From: an uncultured bacterium
Lineage (GTDB): Bacteria; Vulcanimicrobiota; Vulcanimicrobiia; Vulcanimicrobiales; Vulcanimicrobiaceae
Direction of reading: 5' to 3'
Assembly: GCA_964531205.1 (NCBI GenBank)
Contig: CAZHGH010000003.1
Coordinates: forward strand, 5,154-69,153
Length of the DNA: 64,000 bases
Positions 1 through 10,432 of this stretch are shown here, piece by piece (position 1 is the first letter of the stretch; each line of letters starts with the position of its first letter). The notes under the pieces are model-generated. The model was not told the DNA's origin. It was given only the letters and a program-made list of their open reading frames with translations, and made no database searches. The position numbers and the translations under genes are program-made.

Positions 1-3
1 TCA

Positions 4-29
4 CACGGCGCCGGGAAACCGGCGCCGTG
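4..29. other. Perfect 11-bp GC hairpin with GAAA tetraloop at the window edge
   Basis: CACGGCGCCGG-GAAA-CCGGCGCCGTG read directly. No U-tract on either strand. It overlaps the GTG at 27. Confidence 0.5.
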
Positions 30-50
30 TGCGCGAAACGCGGTCCTTCC

Positions 51-2558
51 ATGACTTCGGACGATACCGCGGGTCACCGCGCTTTTGCGCTGCCCGGATC
101 TTCGCTACGTTACGGGCCCGACAAACTCGTCGACGTCCTGCACATCGATCTTCACCTCGAGCCCGATCTCGAATATGCGACGCTCGACGGTGTGTGCACC
201 ACGACGGTCCGCGCTTTGGATGAGCCCGTGCGGTTGCTTGCGCTCGACGCCGTCGATCTCCGCATAGCATCGGTCGAGCGCAACGGGAAACCACTGCAAT
301 TTACGCACCGCAATAAACGTCTGGAAATTACCTTCGATCCACTGATTGCACCGGAAGAAGAAGCGACATTTACGGTCGCGTATCGTGCCGTGCGGCCGCG
401 GCAAGGATTGTTTTTCATAGAGCCAACGCCGGAATATCCCAAGAAAGTCCGCCATGCCTGGACGCAAAGTCAAGACGAAAACGCGCGGTATTGGTTTCCA
501 TGTATGGACTATCCGCACGAGAAACAAACGACGTCTACGACCATCGTCGTGCGGAAGGGAGAATTTGCATTAGGGAATGGCGCGCTCGTGGAACGCCGCG
601 ACGAAGGCGATCGCACGATCTACCGCTACAAGCAAGACATTCCGCACTCTACGTACTTGATGACGCTCGTGGCCGGACCGTTCGAAGAAGTCCAGCAGCG
701 CGAGGACGTTTTTTATTACGTGTTGCCGGGACGCAAGGACGACGGTGAACGCGCGTTCGGCAAGACGCCGAAGATGATCGACGTATTTGAGGAGCGGCTC
801 GCGTACAAATATCCCTACGCGCGCTATTCGCAGATCGCGGTGAGTGATTTTATCTTCGGCGGCATGGAGAACACGTCGGCGACGACGCAGACGGATCGCA
901 CGTTGCACGACGAACGCGCACATCTCGATTTCTCGAGCGATCCGCTGGTCTCGCACGAGCTGGCGCATCAATGGTTCGGCGACTTGCTGACGACCCGCGA
1001 CTGGTCGCACGCGTGGCTCAATGAAGGGTTTGCGACGTTTTTCGAAGCGGTGTTCCGTGAGGCGGATCTCGGATACGACGAATATCTCTACGATATATTC
1101 GGATGTCTCGAACGCTATTTGCAGGAAGACGCAGAGCGATATCGCCGTCCTATCGTCTACAATCTGTTCCGCGATCCCATCGAACTCTTCGATCGCCATT
1201 TGTACGAAAAGGGCGGCGTGGTGCTGCACATGCTGCGCGGCGAGCTCGGCGAGGCGCGCTTTTGGCGCTCCATCCGCCGCTACGTTGCGGACAACGCGCA
1301 GCGGAGCGTCGAAACGATCGATCTCATCCGTGCGATCGAGAACGCAACCGGCCGCAATATGCGCGGCTTTTTCGATCAGTGGGTTTTCCGCGGCGGCCAT
1401 CCGCGTCTTTCTGTGAAGGCTGCGTACGATTCGAAACGGCGTGTAGCCACGTTGACAATCGACCAGACGCAAACAGTCGACGACAACAACCCTGCGTATA
1501 TATTCGACGTCGACGTTGCTTTCGTTCCCGAAGCGGGAATCGAAAAAGAACGGCGGATTCGTGCCCACATCGAGCGCGCACATGAAACCATTTCGGTGCC
1601 GTTAGACTTCGAGCCGAAGATGGTGCGCTTCGATCCCGGTGCGTTTCTACTTGCCGACGTGAAATACGAGTTGGGCGTGGACTTCGCGGCCGCAACGCTC
1701 GCCGGCGATCCCGACGTCGTTGCGAAGATTCGCGCTGCGCGCGAACTGACAAAAGACGCATCCGCGGCGGCGCGTGAAGCGCTTGCAGCCGCATTCGAAC
1801 GAAATCAGTTTTGGGGCGTTCTTGCGGAAATCGCCGGCGCCCTAGCCAGAACGCGCGCGCCGTGGGCGAGAGAGATACTCGTTAGAGCGCTCAGACACGA
1901 GCATCCAAAAGTGCGTCGTGCCGCAGCCGCGTCGCTCGGTGACTTCAAAGGGCGTGAAATCGCGGATGCCTTATTGCAACCCGCAAAAGACGACGCTTCC
2001 TATTTCGTCGTTTCGGCAGCGTTGCACGCGTTGGGCAAAACGCGCGACGAACGCGCATTCGACGTACTCGCATCGAGCGTGCGTACGACGTCGTGGAACG
2101 GCGTCATTGAATCGGGAGCGGCGCTCGGTCTGGGCGAGCTTGCGGATCCACGTGCGACATCGTTACTGATCGATGCGACGGCGCCCGGCAAAGAAGAAGC
2201 GCTTCGTCGCTCCTCACTTCACGCGCTTGCCCGCCTTGCAGAATTGGTCGAGCCCGAACGCCGGAGATGTGTTGAAACAATCGTCGAGCGCTTAAACGAC
2301 CCGATGTTCCTGGTTCAACGTGCAGCTATTCACGCTGCAGAACAACTCGCCGACGCGCATTTCCTTCCGATGCTCGATCGGCTTTCGTCAACTGCCGACG
2401 ACGGGCGGATTCGGCGCGACGCCACCGAAGCAGCAATACGAATCCGTGAAGCACAAAAAGTCCCTGCGCAGGTGACGGGCCTACGCGCCGACCTCGATGC
2501 CCTACGTGAAGAACAGCGTAAATTACAGGAAAAGATCGAGACGATCTCGCGGGCCTAA
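51..2558 (+). CDS. pepN: M1-family aminopeptidase N with C-terminal HEAT-like repeat region
   Basis: GGMEN exopeptidase motif and HELAH-x18-E zinc site. The C-terminal ~250 aa has HEAT-like repeats (HPKVRRAAAASLGDF). ATG 51 is preferred over GTG 27, which sits inside the hairpin. Confidence 0.93.
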   Translation: MTSDDTAGHRAFALPGSSLRYGPDKLVDVLHIDLHLEPDLEYATLDGVCTTTVRALDEPVRLLALDAVDLRIASVERNGKPLQFTHRNKRLEITFDPLIAPEEEATFTVAYRAVRPRQGLFFIEPTPEYPKKVRHAWTQSQDENARYWFPCMDYPHEKQTTSTTIVVRKGEFALGNGALVERRDEGDRTIYRYKQDIPHSTYLMTLVAGPFEEVQQREDVFYYVLPGRKDDGERAFGKTPKMIDVFEERLAYKYPYARYSQIAVSDFIFGGMENTSATTQTDRTLHDERAHLDFSSDPLVSHELAHQWFGDLLTTRDWSHAWLNEGFATFFEAVFREADLGYDEYLYDIFGCLERYLQEDAERYRRPIVYNLFRDPIELFDRHLYEKGGVVLHMLRGELGEARFWRSIRRYVADNAQRSVETIDLIRAIENATGRNMRGFFDQWVFRGGHPRLSVKAAYDSKRRVATLTIDQTQTVDDNNPAYIFDVDVAFVPEAGIEKERRIRAHIERAHETISVPLDFEPKMVRFDPGAFLLADVKYELGVDFAAATLAGDPDVVAKIRAARELTKDASAAAREALAAAFERNQFWGVLAEIAGALARTRAPWAREILVRALRHEHPKVRRAAAASLGDFKGREIADALLQPAKDDASYFVVSAALHALGKTRDERAFDVLASSVRTTSWNGVIESGAALGLGELADPRATSLLIDATAPGKEEALRRSSLHALARLAELVEPERRRCVETIVERLNDPMFLVQRAAIHAAEQLADAHFLPMLDRLSSTADDGRIRRDATEAAIRIREAQKVPAQVTGLRADLDALREEQRKLQEKIETISRA

Positions 2559-4038
2559 GCGCCTTGCAAGTGTCATCTTTCTAGCATTACTCGTTGGTTT
2601 AGCCGCCGTCGCGCTGCGGCCGCGCAGTCACGATGCGCCGGCCGTTCCGCAATTGCAGCCGCCTGTTGCAAAGGTAGTAGTGGCCCATCGTGTTGCGGCA
2701 CCCTCTTGGGGCGCCGCGGCGCGAGGCGATTTGCAAGCGGCGATTCGGTCCTCTCTCGCGAGCGGCGTAAGCGGCGCGCGCGATTGGAGCTGCGTCGTCA
2801 TTGCCCAAGACGGCTCGGTGCTTTACGACGATCGCGCCTCGCACGCCGTTACGCCGGCGTCCACGCAAAAGCTGATCGTCAGCGACGCTGCGCTCAGCGA
2901 ATTCGGTCCGCGGTTCCGGTTTGACACGCTCCTTGCGGCGACGCAGCCCGTTAGCGGAAACACACTTTCCGGCGATCTATATTTGGCGGGTTCCGGCGAT
3001 CCGTCATTGCGTAGCTCCGAGCTTCTTTCCGGAGTTGCCGCTTTGCGCAAAGCGGGCGTTGCGGCAATCGACGGCCGCGTGATCGTGGACGGCAGCGCGC
3101 TGTCCGGCGACGAGATCAATTCGCTTTGGAACGCCGCGGATTCGAACGAAGACTTCATGACCGCGACGAGCGGCGTGTCGATCGACGGCGATACGGCCGA
3201 GTTTCACGTCATCGGCACGGCGCCCGGCGAACCGGCGCAAGTTTCCATCGTGCCGCCGAATCGCAGCGTTCATTACTACGGAACCGTCACGACGGGCGGC
3301 GCTGACGACGTGATCATTGCGGCAACGGAAAGGCCGAACGAGTTCCGTCTTGCGGGCAGCATTCCGCCTGGAGCTGAAGAGAAGTATTGGTTGCCGGTGC
3401 ACGGCATACCGCAATACGCCGGAGCCGTTATGGATTCGCTTTTAAAGCGCGAAGGCATTACGGTTGCACATACGGCCCAAACCGGAGCCGCGCCGGTGGA
3501 CGCGCAAATTCTTTGGCAGCACCGTTCTAAGCCGCTGCCTGAATTGCTGCAACACATGCTCGTTCATTCCGACAATCACTTTGCGGAACAATTGATGCGC
3601 AAACTCGGCGGCGAGAACGGCGGCACGGCGAACGATGTTGAGGGTTTGCTGATCGAACGTCGCGTTCTGGCGGAACAAAACATTCCAACACCGGGATTGC
3701 ACATCGTCGACGGCAGCGGGCTCGCGCATGCTAACCGCGTAGCGGCGATCACTCTTGCACGTATCCTCGCGCATTACGACGCCGCCCCTGGTGGGAACGT
3801 TCTGTATCCGCTACTTCCGCGCGGCGGTAAAGACGGCACGCTTCGTATGTATCGTTTCACAACCGCCGCAGGACGCGTGCGGGCGAAGAGCGGCCACTTG
3901 GATGATGCCGCGTCTCTCGCCGGGTATGTTGATACCCGTAAACACGGCCGCGTCGTCTTCGCTTTCTTAATCAATGGATCGCCGGGCGATCCGGATGCGG
4001 CAATCGTTTCCGCCGTCGACCGGATCGCGGAACGCTAA
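2497..4038 (+). CDS. dacB: D-alanyl-D-alanine carboxypeptidase/endopeptidase (PBP4, S13 family)
   Basis: SxxK (STQK), SxN (SDN) and KxG (KSG) motifs in the expected order. Basic N-terminus plus TM anchor. The only canonical start that keeps the anchor is ATG 2497, giving a 62-nt overlap with pepN. Confidence 0.88.
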   Translation: MPYVKNSVNYRKRSRRSRGPKRLASVIFLALLVGLAAVALRPRSHDAPAVPQLQPPVAKVVVAHRVAAPSWGAAARGDLQAAIRSSLASGVSGARDWSCVVIAQDGSVLYDDRASHAVTPASTQKLIVSDAALSEFGPRFRFDTLLAATQPVSGNTLSGDLYLAGSGDPSLRSSELLSGVAALRKAGVAAIDGRVIVDGSALSGDEINSLWNAADSNEDFMTATSGVSIDGDTAEFHVIGTAPGEPAQVSIVPPNRSVHYYGTVTTGGADDVIIAATERPNEFRLAGSIPPGAEEKYWLPVHGIPQYAGAVMDSLLKREGITVAHTAQTGAAPVDAQILWQHRSKPLPELLQHMLVHSDNHFAEQLMRKLGGENGGTANDVEGLLIERRVLAEQNIPTPGLHIVDGSGLAHANRVAAITLARILAHYDAAPGGNVLYPLLPRGGKDGTLRMYRFTTAAGRVRAKSGHLDDAASLAGYVDTRKHGRVVFAFLINGSPGDPDAAIVSAVDRIAER

Positions 4039-4055
4039 CGCCGTTAAGGAGAGAG

Positions 4056-5450
4056 ATGCTCGATACCACTACCGTTGAACGGCTCATCGCGACTGCGCTC
4101 GAGCGCGGCGGCGACTACGCCGACGTGTTCTGCGAACGCCGTTTGGGCACATCGTTCCGTTTGCAGTCGGGTCACATTCACGAGAGTGGTTTGTCGGTAA
4201 CGCAGGGCGTCGGGATTCGCGTAATCGTCGGCGAATCCGCGGGTTACGCGCATTCCGACGATCTCTCGTTTGAAGCACTGCAGCGCGCGGCGCGCATTGC
4301 GTCGCTCATTGCGCGCGACGGCCAGGGCGGACAGCGGACGGTGCGGGTGCAAAGTGCGGACGTTCCGCGGTTTTACGATTTCAGCCGGACAGAGCATGCG
4401 CCGTCCGAAGCATACGTCAAACTCTTGGAGCGCGCCGAAATTGCCGCGCGCCAATTCGATCCGCGCGTGAGCGCGGTGAATGCGACGATCACGGATGAGT
4501 TGCAAGACGTATGGATCGGAACGAGCGATGGCCGTTGGCTGCACGATCACCGGCCGCTGATCTCCCTCGGCGTTCAGGTCGTCTCGACACGGAATGGAGG
4601 ACGCGCGCAAGGCTTCGTCGGCGACGGCGGCCGCACGTCGATAGATTTTTACCGGCAAAGAACGCCCGAATCGATCGCACAGGAAGCGGCGCGAATCTCC
4701 ACTACAAACTTGGAAGCGGTTCCCGCACCCGCGGGCGAGATGGAAATGGTTGTTGGTTCCGGCGGAGGCGGCGTGTTGCTGCACGAGGCAGTCGGACACG
4801 GACTCGAAAGCGATTTTAACCGCCAAGGCGTTTCGTTGTACAGCGGCCGGGTCGGCGATCGCGTTGCGAGCGATCTCGTAACGATTTATGACGACGGCAA
4901 CCTCGAGGGCGAACGCGGCAGCGTTTCTATCGACGACGAAGGCAATCCCGGCGCGCACAAAGTGCTCGTTGAAAACGGCATTTTGCGCGGATACATGCAA
5001 GACTATCTCAACGGGAAACTGATGGGAGTGGGGTCGACGGGCAGTGGGCGCCGTCAATCGTTTCGCATGATGCCGCAGCCGCGCATGTGCAATACGTATA
5101 TGCCGAACGGTGATTCGACCGTCGATGAGATCGTTGCGTCAACTAAGCGCGGCATCTACGCGAAGTCGTTTTCCGGCGGACAAGTCGAGATCAGCCGCGG
5201 TGACTTCGTCTTTATGGTAGCGGAAGGCTATTTAATCGAAAACGGCAAGGTCACTGCGCCGGTCAAGAACGCAACGATCGTCGGTAATGGACCCGAAGTC
5301 ATGACCAAGGTTGTGGCGGTCGGAAACGACAGCCGTCTTGCAAACCGGCACTATACGTGCGGAAAAGGCGGCCAGTACGTGCCCGTCGGCGTCGGCATGC
5401 CGACGGTGAAGATTTCATCGATCACGGTCGGAGGCTCGAATGTCGGCTAA
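4056..5450 (+). CDS. tldD: TldD metalloprotease
   Basis: HEAVGHGLE (HExxxH) motif and TldD length. Followed by its partner pmbA. Confidence 0.92.
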   Translation: MLDTTTVERLIATALERGGDYADVFCERRLGTSFRLQSGHIHESGLSVTQGVGIRVIVGESAGYAHSDDLSFEALQRAARIASLIARDGQGGQRTVRVQSADVPRFYDFSRTEHAPSEAYVKLLERAEIAARQFDPRVSAVNATITDELQDVWIGTSDGRWLHDHRPLISLGVQVVSTRNGGRAQGFVGDGGRTSIDFYRQRTPESIAQEAARISTTNLEAVPAPAGEMEMVVGSGGGGVLLHEAVGHGLESDFNRQGVSLYSGRVGDRVASDLVTIYDDGNLEGERGSVSIDDEGNPGAHKVLVENGILRGYMQDYLNGKLMGVGSTGSGRRQSFRMMPQPRMCNTYMPNGDSTVDEIVASTKRGIYAKSFSGGQVEISRGDFVFMVAEGYLIENGKVTAPVKNATIVGNGPEVMTKVVAVGNDSRLANRHYTCGKGGQYVPVGVGMPTVKISSITVGGSNVG

Positions 5451-6789
5451 TGCACAAGTGACGCAGGCGCTGGAGTTTGCGCAGGCGGCGGTCGATTCGG
5501 CATTGCGCGCCGGTGCGTCTCAAGCAGAGGCTACGGTTTCCATCAGCGATCGTTTCTCTACCGAAGCGCGCGATCGCGCCGTAACGAAGCTCGAACAATC
5601 GACGGGCAGATCGTTGCACGTTCGCGTTTTTGTCGACGGACGCAAAGCGACGCTCGCGAGCTCGGATTTCGACCGCAAGAATCTCGACCGGGCGATTTTC
5701 GACACAGTTGCACAAGCCCGTCACGTTGCAGCGGATCCTTTTGCGGTTCTACCCGAGCTTTCCGAAAAGCCGATCGAAGAGTCCGATTTGGATCTCTACT
5801 CGCAAGACGTTGCAGACCGCGATGCGCAAGACAAAATTGAAGAGGCCCTGCAACTGGAACGGGGCATTCGTGAAGCAGACACGCGCATCACGAACAGCAA
5901 CGGATCGCACGTCGGCGACACGATCAGTACTACGGTTCTCGTCAATTCCAACGGCTTTTCGGGTGCGTACCGTTCGACTCGCGTGCATCGCTCGACCAGT
6001 CCGGTCGCGCTGGACGGCGAGGCAAAACGAACCGGCGCGTACGGAACTGCAGCGCGCCGTTTGAGCGACATGGAAGAAGCGCTGAGCGTTGCCGGCAAGG
6101 CGGTGCGTCGCACCGTAGGATTGTTCGGCGCACGCAAACCGCAAACGATGCGCGTACCGGTGATCTTCGAGCGCGACGTCGCGGCTTCGGTGTTGTCGGA
6201 TTTATTCGCAGCGCTTAGCGCGTCCAACGTCGCCGTCGGCAATTCATGGCTGACGGAACGCATCGGCCAGCGTATCGGCAGCGATCTCGTGACGATCTTC
6301 GATGACGGCAGCCTTCCCGGACTTCTTGGAACCACGCCGTTCGATGGCGAGGGTGTGCCGACGCGGCGGACTCAGGTTTTTGATCGCGGAGTGCTGCGTA
6401 CGTTCTTGTATGACACGTATTATGCACGCAAGCTTGGTGCCAAATCGACCGCAAATTCGACCGGCGGCGGGGTGGGACCGAACAATTTCTATTTAGAAGC
6501 AGGCGAGCGCTCGCTCGATGATCTCATCAAAGATACAAAGCGCGGCGTGCTCGTTCTCGACACCATCGGTTTTGCAACCGAACATGCCAGCGGTACTTAC
6601 AGCCGCGGCGCCCGGGGCTACTACATCGAAAACGGCGAGATAGCGTATCCCATCGAGGAATTTACCGTTGCCGGCACCTTCCCCGACATGCTCGCCGGCA
6701 TCGATGCCGTCGCGAATGACCTGCGCTTCGATGCCGGAGTTGTGTCACCGTCATTCCGCGTTGCCGAAATGACTATAAGTGGAGACTAA
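5440..6789 (+). CDS. pmbA: PmbA/TldE protease partner
   Basis: TldD/PmbA-family sequence lacking HExxxH. 11-nt overlap with tldD. Confidence 0.9.
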   Translation: MSANAQVTQALEFAQAAVDSALRAGASQAEATVSISDRFSTEARDRAVTKLEQSTGRSLHVRVFVDGRKATLASSDFDRKNLDRAIFDTVAQARHVAADPFAVLPELSEKPIEESDLDLYSQDVADRDAQDKIEEALQLERGIREADTRITNSNGSHVGDTISTTVLVNSNGFSGAYRSTRVHRSTSPVALDGEAKRTGAYGTAARRLSDMEEALSVAGKAVRRTVGLFGARKPQTMRVPVIFERDVAASVLSDLFAALSASNVAVGNSWLTERIGQRIGSDLVTIFDDGSLPGLLGTTPFDGEGVPTRRTQVFDRGVLRTFLYDTYYARKLGAKSTANSTGGGVGPNNFYLEAGERSLDDLIKDTKRGVLVLDTIGFATEHASGTYSRGARGYYIENGEIAYPIEEFTVAGTFPDMLAGIDAVANDLRFDAGVVSPSFRVAEMTISGD

Positions 6790-6804
6790 CTAACGGAAGC
6801 TAAA

Positions 6805-8247
6805 ATGGCCCAAGTATCGATTAGTTTCACTCTCATCATGCGCATCGAGATGCCCAATAGCCCCGGCGCCTTCAACGCGTTGGCAGCTGCGATTGGGGAT
6901 GCCGGGGGCGTCATTGCCGCCGTCGATATGCGCTCCGTTACGAAGAGCAGCGTCGTGCGCGACGTCACCATAAACGTGACTTCCGACGTCATGGGAAAAG
7001 CAGTGCGCGAAGCCGTCGAACATCTCGAAGGCGTAACGACGATCAGCGTTTCCGATAGTACGTTTCTCGCGCACTTGGGCGGCAAGATTCAGGTCGAGCC
7101 GAAGATTCCGGTAAAAACGCGCCAGGATCTCTCGACGGTATACACGCCGGGTGTCGCACGCGTCTCGATGGCGATTGCCGCAGATCCATCCAAGGCCTTC
7201 AATCTCACCATCAAGCGCAACACGGTCGCCGTCGTTTCCGACGGAACGGCCGTGCTGGGCCTGGGCGATATCGGCCCGCTCGGCGCATTGCCGGTGATGG
7301 AAGGCAAGGCGATGCTTTTCAAGCAGTTCGCGGGCATCGACGCGTTTCCGATTTGTTTGGACACGAAAGACGTCGACGAGATCGTCGAAACCGTCGTGCG
7401 CATCGCACCGGTTTTCGGCGGAATCAATCTCGAGGATATCTCGGCGCCGCGGTGTTTCGAAGTGGAGCGCCGTCTCATCGAAGAGCTCGATATTCCGGTG
7501 ATGCACGACGATCAGCACGGCACCGCAGTCGTGATTCTCGCTGCGCTCATCAACGCTGCTAAAGTCGTCGGAAAGAACCTTGGGGATTTGCAGATCGTCG
7601 TTGCGGGAAGCGGCGCAGCAGGAACGGCTACAATAAAGATGCTGTTGGAAGCCGGCGTGCGAGACGTGATTCCGGTAGATCGCGCAGGTGCGATCAATCG
7701 CACGGAGCGGTATGAAAACTCGCATTGGCGCTGGCTTGCCGAAAACACGAATCGCGAAAACCGCCGCGGTAACCTCTCGGAGGTCCTCAAAGGCGCCGAC
7801 GTCTTCATCGGCGTTTCCGCCCCGGGAATCTTGCAGCCCGAAGACATCAAACGGATGGCGCGCGATCCGATCGTCTTTGCGATGGCGAACCCAACGCCGG
7901 AGATCATGCCCGACGTCGCTGCGCCATATGTGGGCGTCATCGCCACGGGGCGTTCCGATTTTCCGAATCAAGTGAACAACTTGCTCGCGTTTCCCGGCAT
8001 CTTCCGCGGTGCGCTAGACGCACGGGCGAGCCGCATCACGGAGCGGATGAAGCTCGCTGCGGCCAACGCTATCGCCTCCATCGTTTCGGAAGACGAGCGT
8101 AGCGCCGAGTACATCATCCCCAGCGTCTTCGACGTGAGGGTCGTGGAGGCGGTGGCCAAGGCGGTCGCGGGTGCAGCTGTAGACGAGGGAGTTGCCCGCC
8201 GACAATTGGTATTGTCCGAAGGGGAAGATATCACGGCTAACACCTAG
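6805..8247 (+). CDS. NAD(P)-dependent malic enzyme with N-terminal ACT-like domain
   Basis: Malic-enzyme core (VYTPGVA, GLGDIGP, Rossmann VVAGSGAAGTA). A ~75-aa ACT-like leader precedes it. Confidence 0.9.
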   Translation: MAQVSISFTLIMRIEMPNSPGAFNALAAAIGDAGGVIAAVDMRSVTKSSVVRDVTINVTSDVMGKAVREAVEHLEGVTTISVSDSTFLAHLGGKIQVEPKIPVKTRQDLSTVYTPGVARVSMAIAADPSKAFNLTIKRNTVAVVSDGTAVLGLGDIGPLGALPVMEGKAMLFKQFAGIDAFPICLDTKDVDEIVETVVRIAPVFGGINLEDISAPRCFEVERRLIEELDIPVMHDDQHGTAVVILAALINAAKVVGKNLGDLQIVVAGSGAAGTATIKMLLEAGVRDVIPVDRAGAINRTERYENSHWRWLAENTNRENRRGNLSEVLKGADVFIGVSAPGILQPEDIKRMARDPIVFAMANPTPEIMPDVAAPYVGVIATGRSDFPNQVNNLLAFPGIFRGALDARASRITERMKLAAANAIASIVSEDERSAEYIIPSVFDVRVVEAVAKAVAGAAVDEGVARRQLVLSEGEDITANT

Positions 8248-8264
8248 CCAGCGGAAGGAGCGGT

Positions 8265-8957
8265 ATGGCGCAGGCCAAGATCCTAGTTATCGAGGACGAT
8301 GACGACATTGCGAAACTCGAGCAAACCGTGCTCGAGCGGGCGGATTATGAGGTCAAGGTCACCGGCAGCGGAGCGGAAGGCTTGGAGCTGGCGGACACGT
8401 ACAAGCCGGATGTCGTGATCCTCGATATCGGGTTACCGGATATTTCGGGTCTGGACGTTTGTACGTCGCTTTCTAATTCGAACAATGCCTTCGTGCTGAT
8501 GGTCAGCGGGCACTCGCGCGAGCAAGACGTCCTCCTGGGTCTCGGTCTCGGAGCCGATGACTACATCACCAAACCGTTTTCCGGTAACGAACTCGTGGCG
8601 CGCGTCGCCTCGTTCTTGCGCCGGCGCGAAAAATACAATCAAAAGAAGGAAGACGCTGGCGTTCTTCAGGTTGGAACCGCCAAATTGGTGCGCGACTTCC
8701 ATACGCTCAACAACGACGGCAAGAGCGTTTCATTGACGGCGCTGGAGTTTCGTCTGTTGTGGTTCCTCGCAGAAGCGGAAGGCCGTTTACTTACGCGCGC
8801 GCAGATTCTCGAACACGTCTGGAACGACACTTCCGGCGTTCCGACGCGCGTGGTAGACGTACACATCGCTGCTTTGCGTAAGAAACTCGCTGAGGTCGCC
8901 GCGCCGGTAGAGATTGCGAGCGTGCGCGGCATTGGCTACCGGCTGGATACGAAGTAA
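8265..8957 (+). CDS. OmpR-family response regulator (receiver plus winged helix)
   Basis: Receiver domain with DVVILDIGLPD. C-terminal wHTH ending RGIGYRL. Confidence 0.9.
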   Translation: MAQAKILVIEDDDDIAKLEQTVLERADYEVKVTGSGAEGLELADTYKPDVVILDIGLPDISGLDVCTSLSNSNNAFVLMVSGHSREQDVLLGLGLGADDYITKPFSGNELVARVASFLRRREKYNQKKEDAGVLQVGTAKLVRDFHTLNNDGKSVSLTALEFRLLWFLAEAEGRLLTRAQILEHVWNDTSGVPTRVVDVHIAALRKKLAEVAAPVEIASVRGIGYRLDTK

Positions 8958-10410
8958 ACCCGCTCTCGGAATCGTTCTCGAGCCGAGCGATCCCAGGCCC
9001 CTGTATGTCCAAATCGCAGATCAGCTCGTAGACGCAATCGAAAGCGAGCGTCTGCGCCCGGGCGATCGCCTTCCGGCAATGCGCGAACTGGCGCGCGAAC
9101 TGAATTGTGCGCTCGTAACGGTATCGCAGGCGTACGAGTTGCTCACTGCGCGCGGACGCGCCACGTCACGCGTCGGCAAAGGCACGTTTATCGCGCAGAT
9201 GCGCGATCGCGCCGAACCTTTTGCACGGCGTTGGGAACCGGATCTTGGCCGGTTGGCACGCGCCGAGCGGATGGAAGGCGTCATGGAGCAGCTCACGCGC
9301 GCCACGGCGCCCGGTGCGGTAAATTTGGCGAACGGCCACCCGGCACCTGAGACCTTTCCGTTGCAAGATTTCGCTCGCGCGTTTCACCGTACGCTGATCG
9401 AAGATCCGCCGGAACTCATGCAGTATCGCGCTGCGAGCGGCGACGCGGATCTCTGCGAAACGCTCAGCGCACTGTTGCGTACGCGTGGCTGCAGTGCGAC
9501 TGCGGACGACATCATCGTGTGTTCCGGAGCGCAGCAAGCTGCGGATCTCGTTGCAACGGTGTTGCTCGAATCGCGCAGCGTCGTTGCATCGGAATCACCC
9601 ACGTATTCTGGCACGCTCGGCGTGTTTGATGCACGCGGCGTGACGTATGTAGAGATCGAGAGCGACATTGACGGCATTCGGCCCGACGATGTGGAGCGCG
9701 TCTTCAGCGAGTATCGCCCGCGCCTGCTGTACGTCAATCCGATTGCGCAGAACCCAACAGGTGCGGTTTTACCGCAGCGTCGCGCAAAACAGCTCGTCGC
9801 TTTGGCACGGCGCTACGACGTCGTCATCTTAGAAGATCAAACCGGCTGGCAACTGACGTATGACGCGACCGCGCCTCCGCCGCTCGCGGCATTCGATACG
9901 GACGGCCGCGTGATCGTCATGGAGAGTCTTTCGAAGTCGATCTTTCCGGCGTTGCGCATCGGCTATTTGTATTGTAAAGGCGCGCTCGCGGATGCTTTGG
10001 AGCTTGCGAAGGCGCGCACCGACGTCTTTACGTCGACACTTACACAGCGCGCGCTTTGGCGGTTCATGAATGGTCCGGCGTACGCCCGCCATTTGCGATC
10101 CGCCCGCACATTATATTTAGAACGGCGCAACGCGTTTATCGAAGCGCTCACGCGCGAGGTTCCGTGGGCCGATGTCCGGCCGCCCGCTGCCGGGTTGAAC
10201 GTGTGGCTCGCCTTGCCGCCGCGGATCTCGACACAGGCTGCGTTTGACGCGTGCGCGCGGCAAGGGGTCCTCGTGATGCCGTCCGAGCCGTTTTATCCGA
10301 CGCGGCAAGGGCCTCCGGCGTTGAGATTGTCGTTTGGGCATCTCCCGGCGCAGGAGGCCGAAGAAGGCGCCCGCCGCCTTGGGATTGCGCTAAATAAATT
10401 GACCGCCTGA
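8914..10410 (+). CDS. MocR/GntR-family regulator fused to a PLP aminotransferase-like domain
   Basis: GntR HTH (PLYVQIADQL...LPAMRELARELNCALVTVSQAYELL). Fold-type I domain with SLSKS PLP-lysine motif. The start is uncertain, because the only canonical start (GTG 8914) overlaps the response regulator by 44 nt. Confidence 0.85.
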   Translation: MRACAALATGWIRSKPALGIVLEPSDPRPLYVQIADQLVDAIESERLRPGDRLPAMRELARELNCALVTVSQAYELLTARGRATSRVGKGTFIAQMRDRAEPFARRWEPDLGRLARAERMEGVMEQLTRATAPGAVNLANGHPAPETFPLQDFARAFHRTLIEDPPELMQYRAASGDADLCETLSALLRTRGCSATADDIIVCSGAQQAADLVATVLLESRSVVASESPTYSGTLGVFDARGVTYVEIESDIDGIRPDDVERVFSEYRPRLLYVNPIAQNPTGAVLPQRRAKQLVALARRYDVVILEDQTGWQLTYDATAPPPLAAFDTDGRVIVMESLSKSIFPALRIGYLYCKGALADALELAKARTDVFTSTLTQRALWRFMNGPAYARHLRSARTLYLERRNAFIEALTREVPWADVRPPAAGLNVWLALPPRISTQAAFDACARQGVLVMPSEPFYPTRQGPPALRLSFGHLPAQEAEEGARRLGIALNKLTA

Positions 10411-10432
10411 CGGCGCGGGTATAACACGCGCG

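Noticed and set aside
570-1583. Long antisense ORFs opposite confident genes. Examples: 570..1583, 4044..5057, 6790..7971, 12464..13258, 38068..39168, 40361..41413, 61253..62095, 63079..63759.
   Set aside because: They lie entirely opposite genes with clear family motifs. Their Arg/Ala/Pro-rich, low-complexity translations are typical of GC-rich shadow frames, and none has a recognisable motif.
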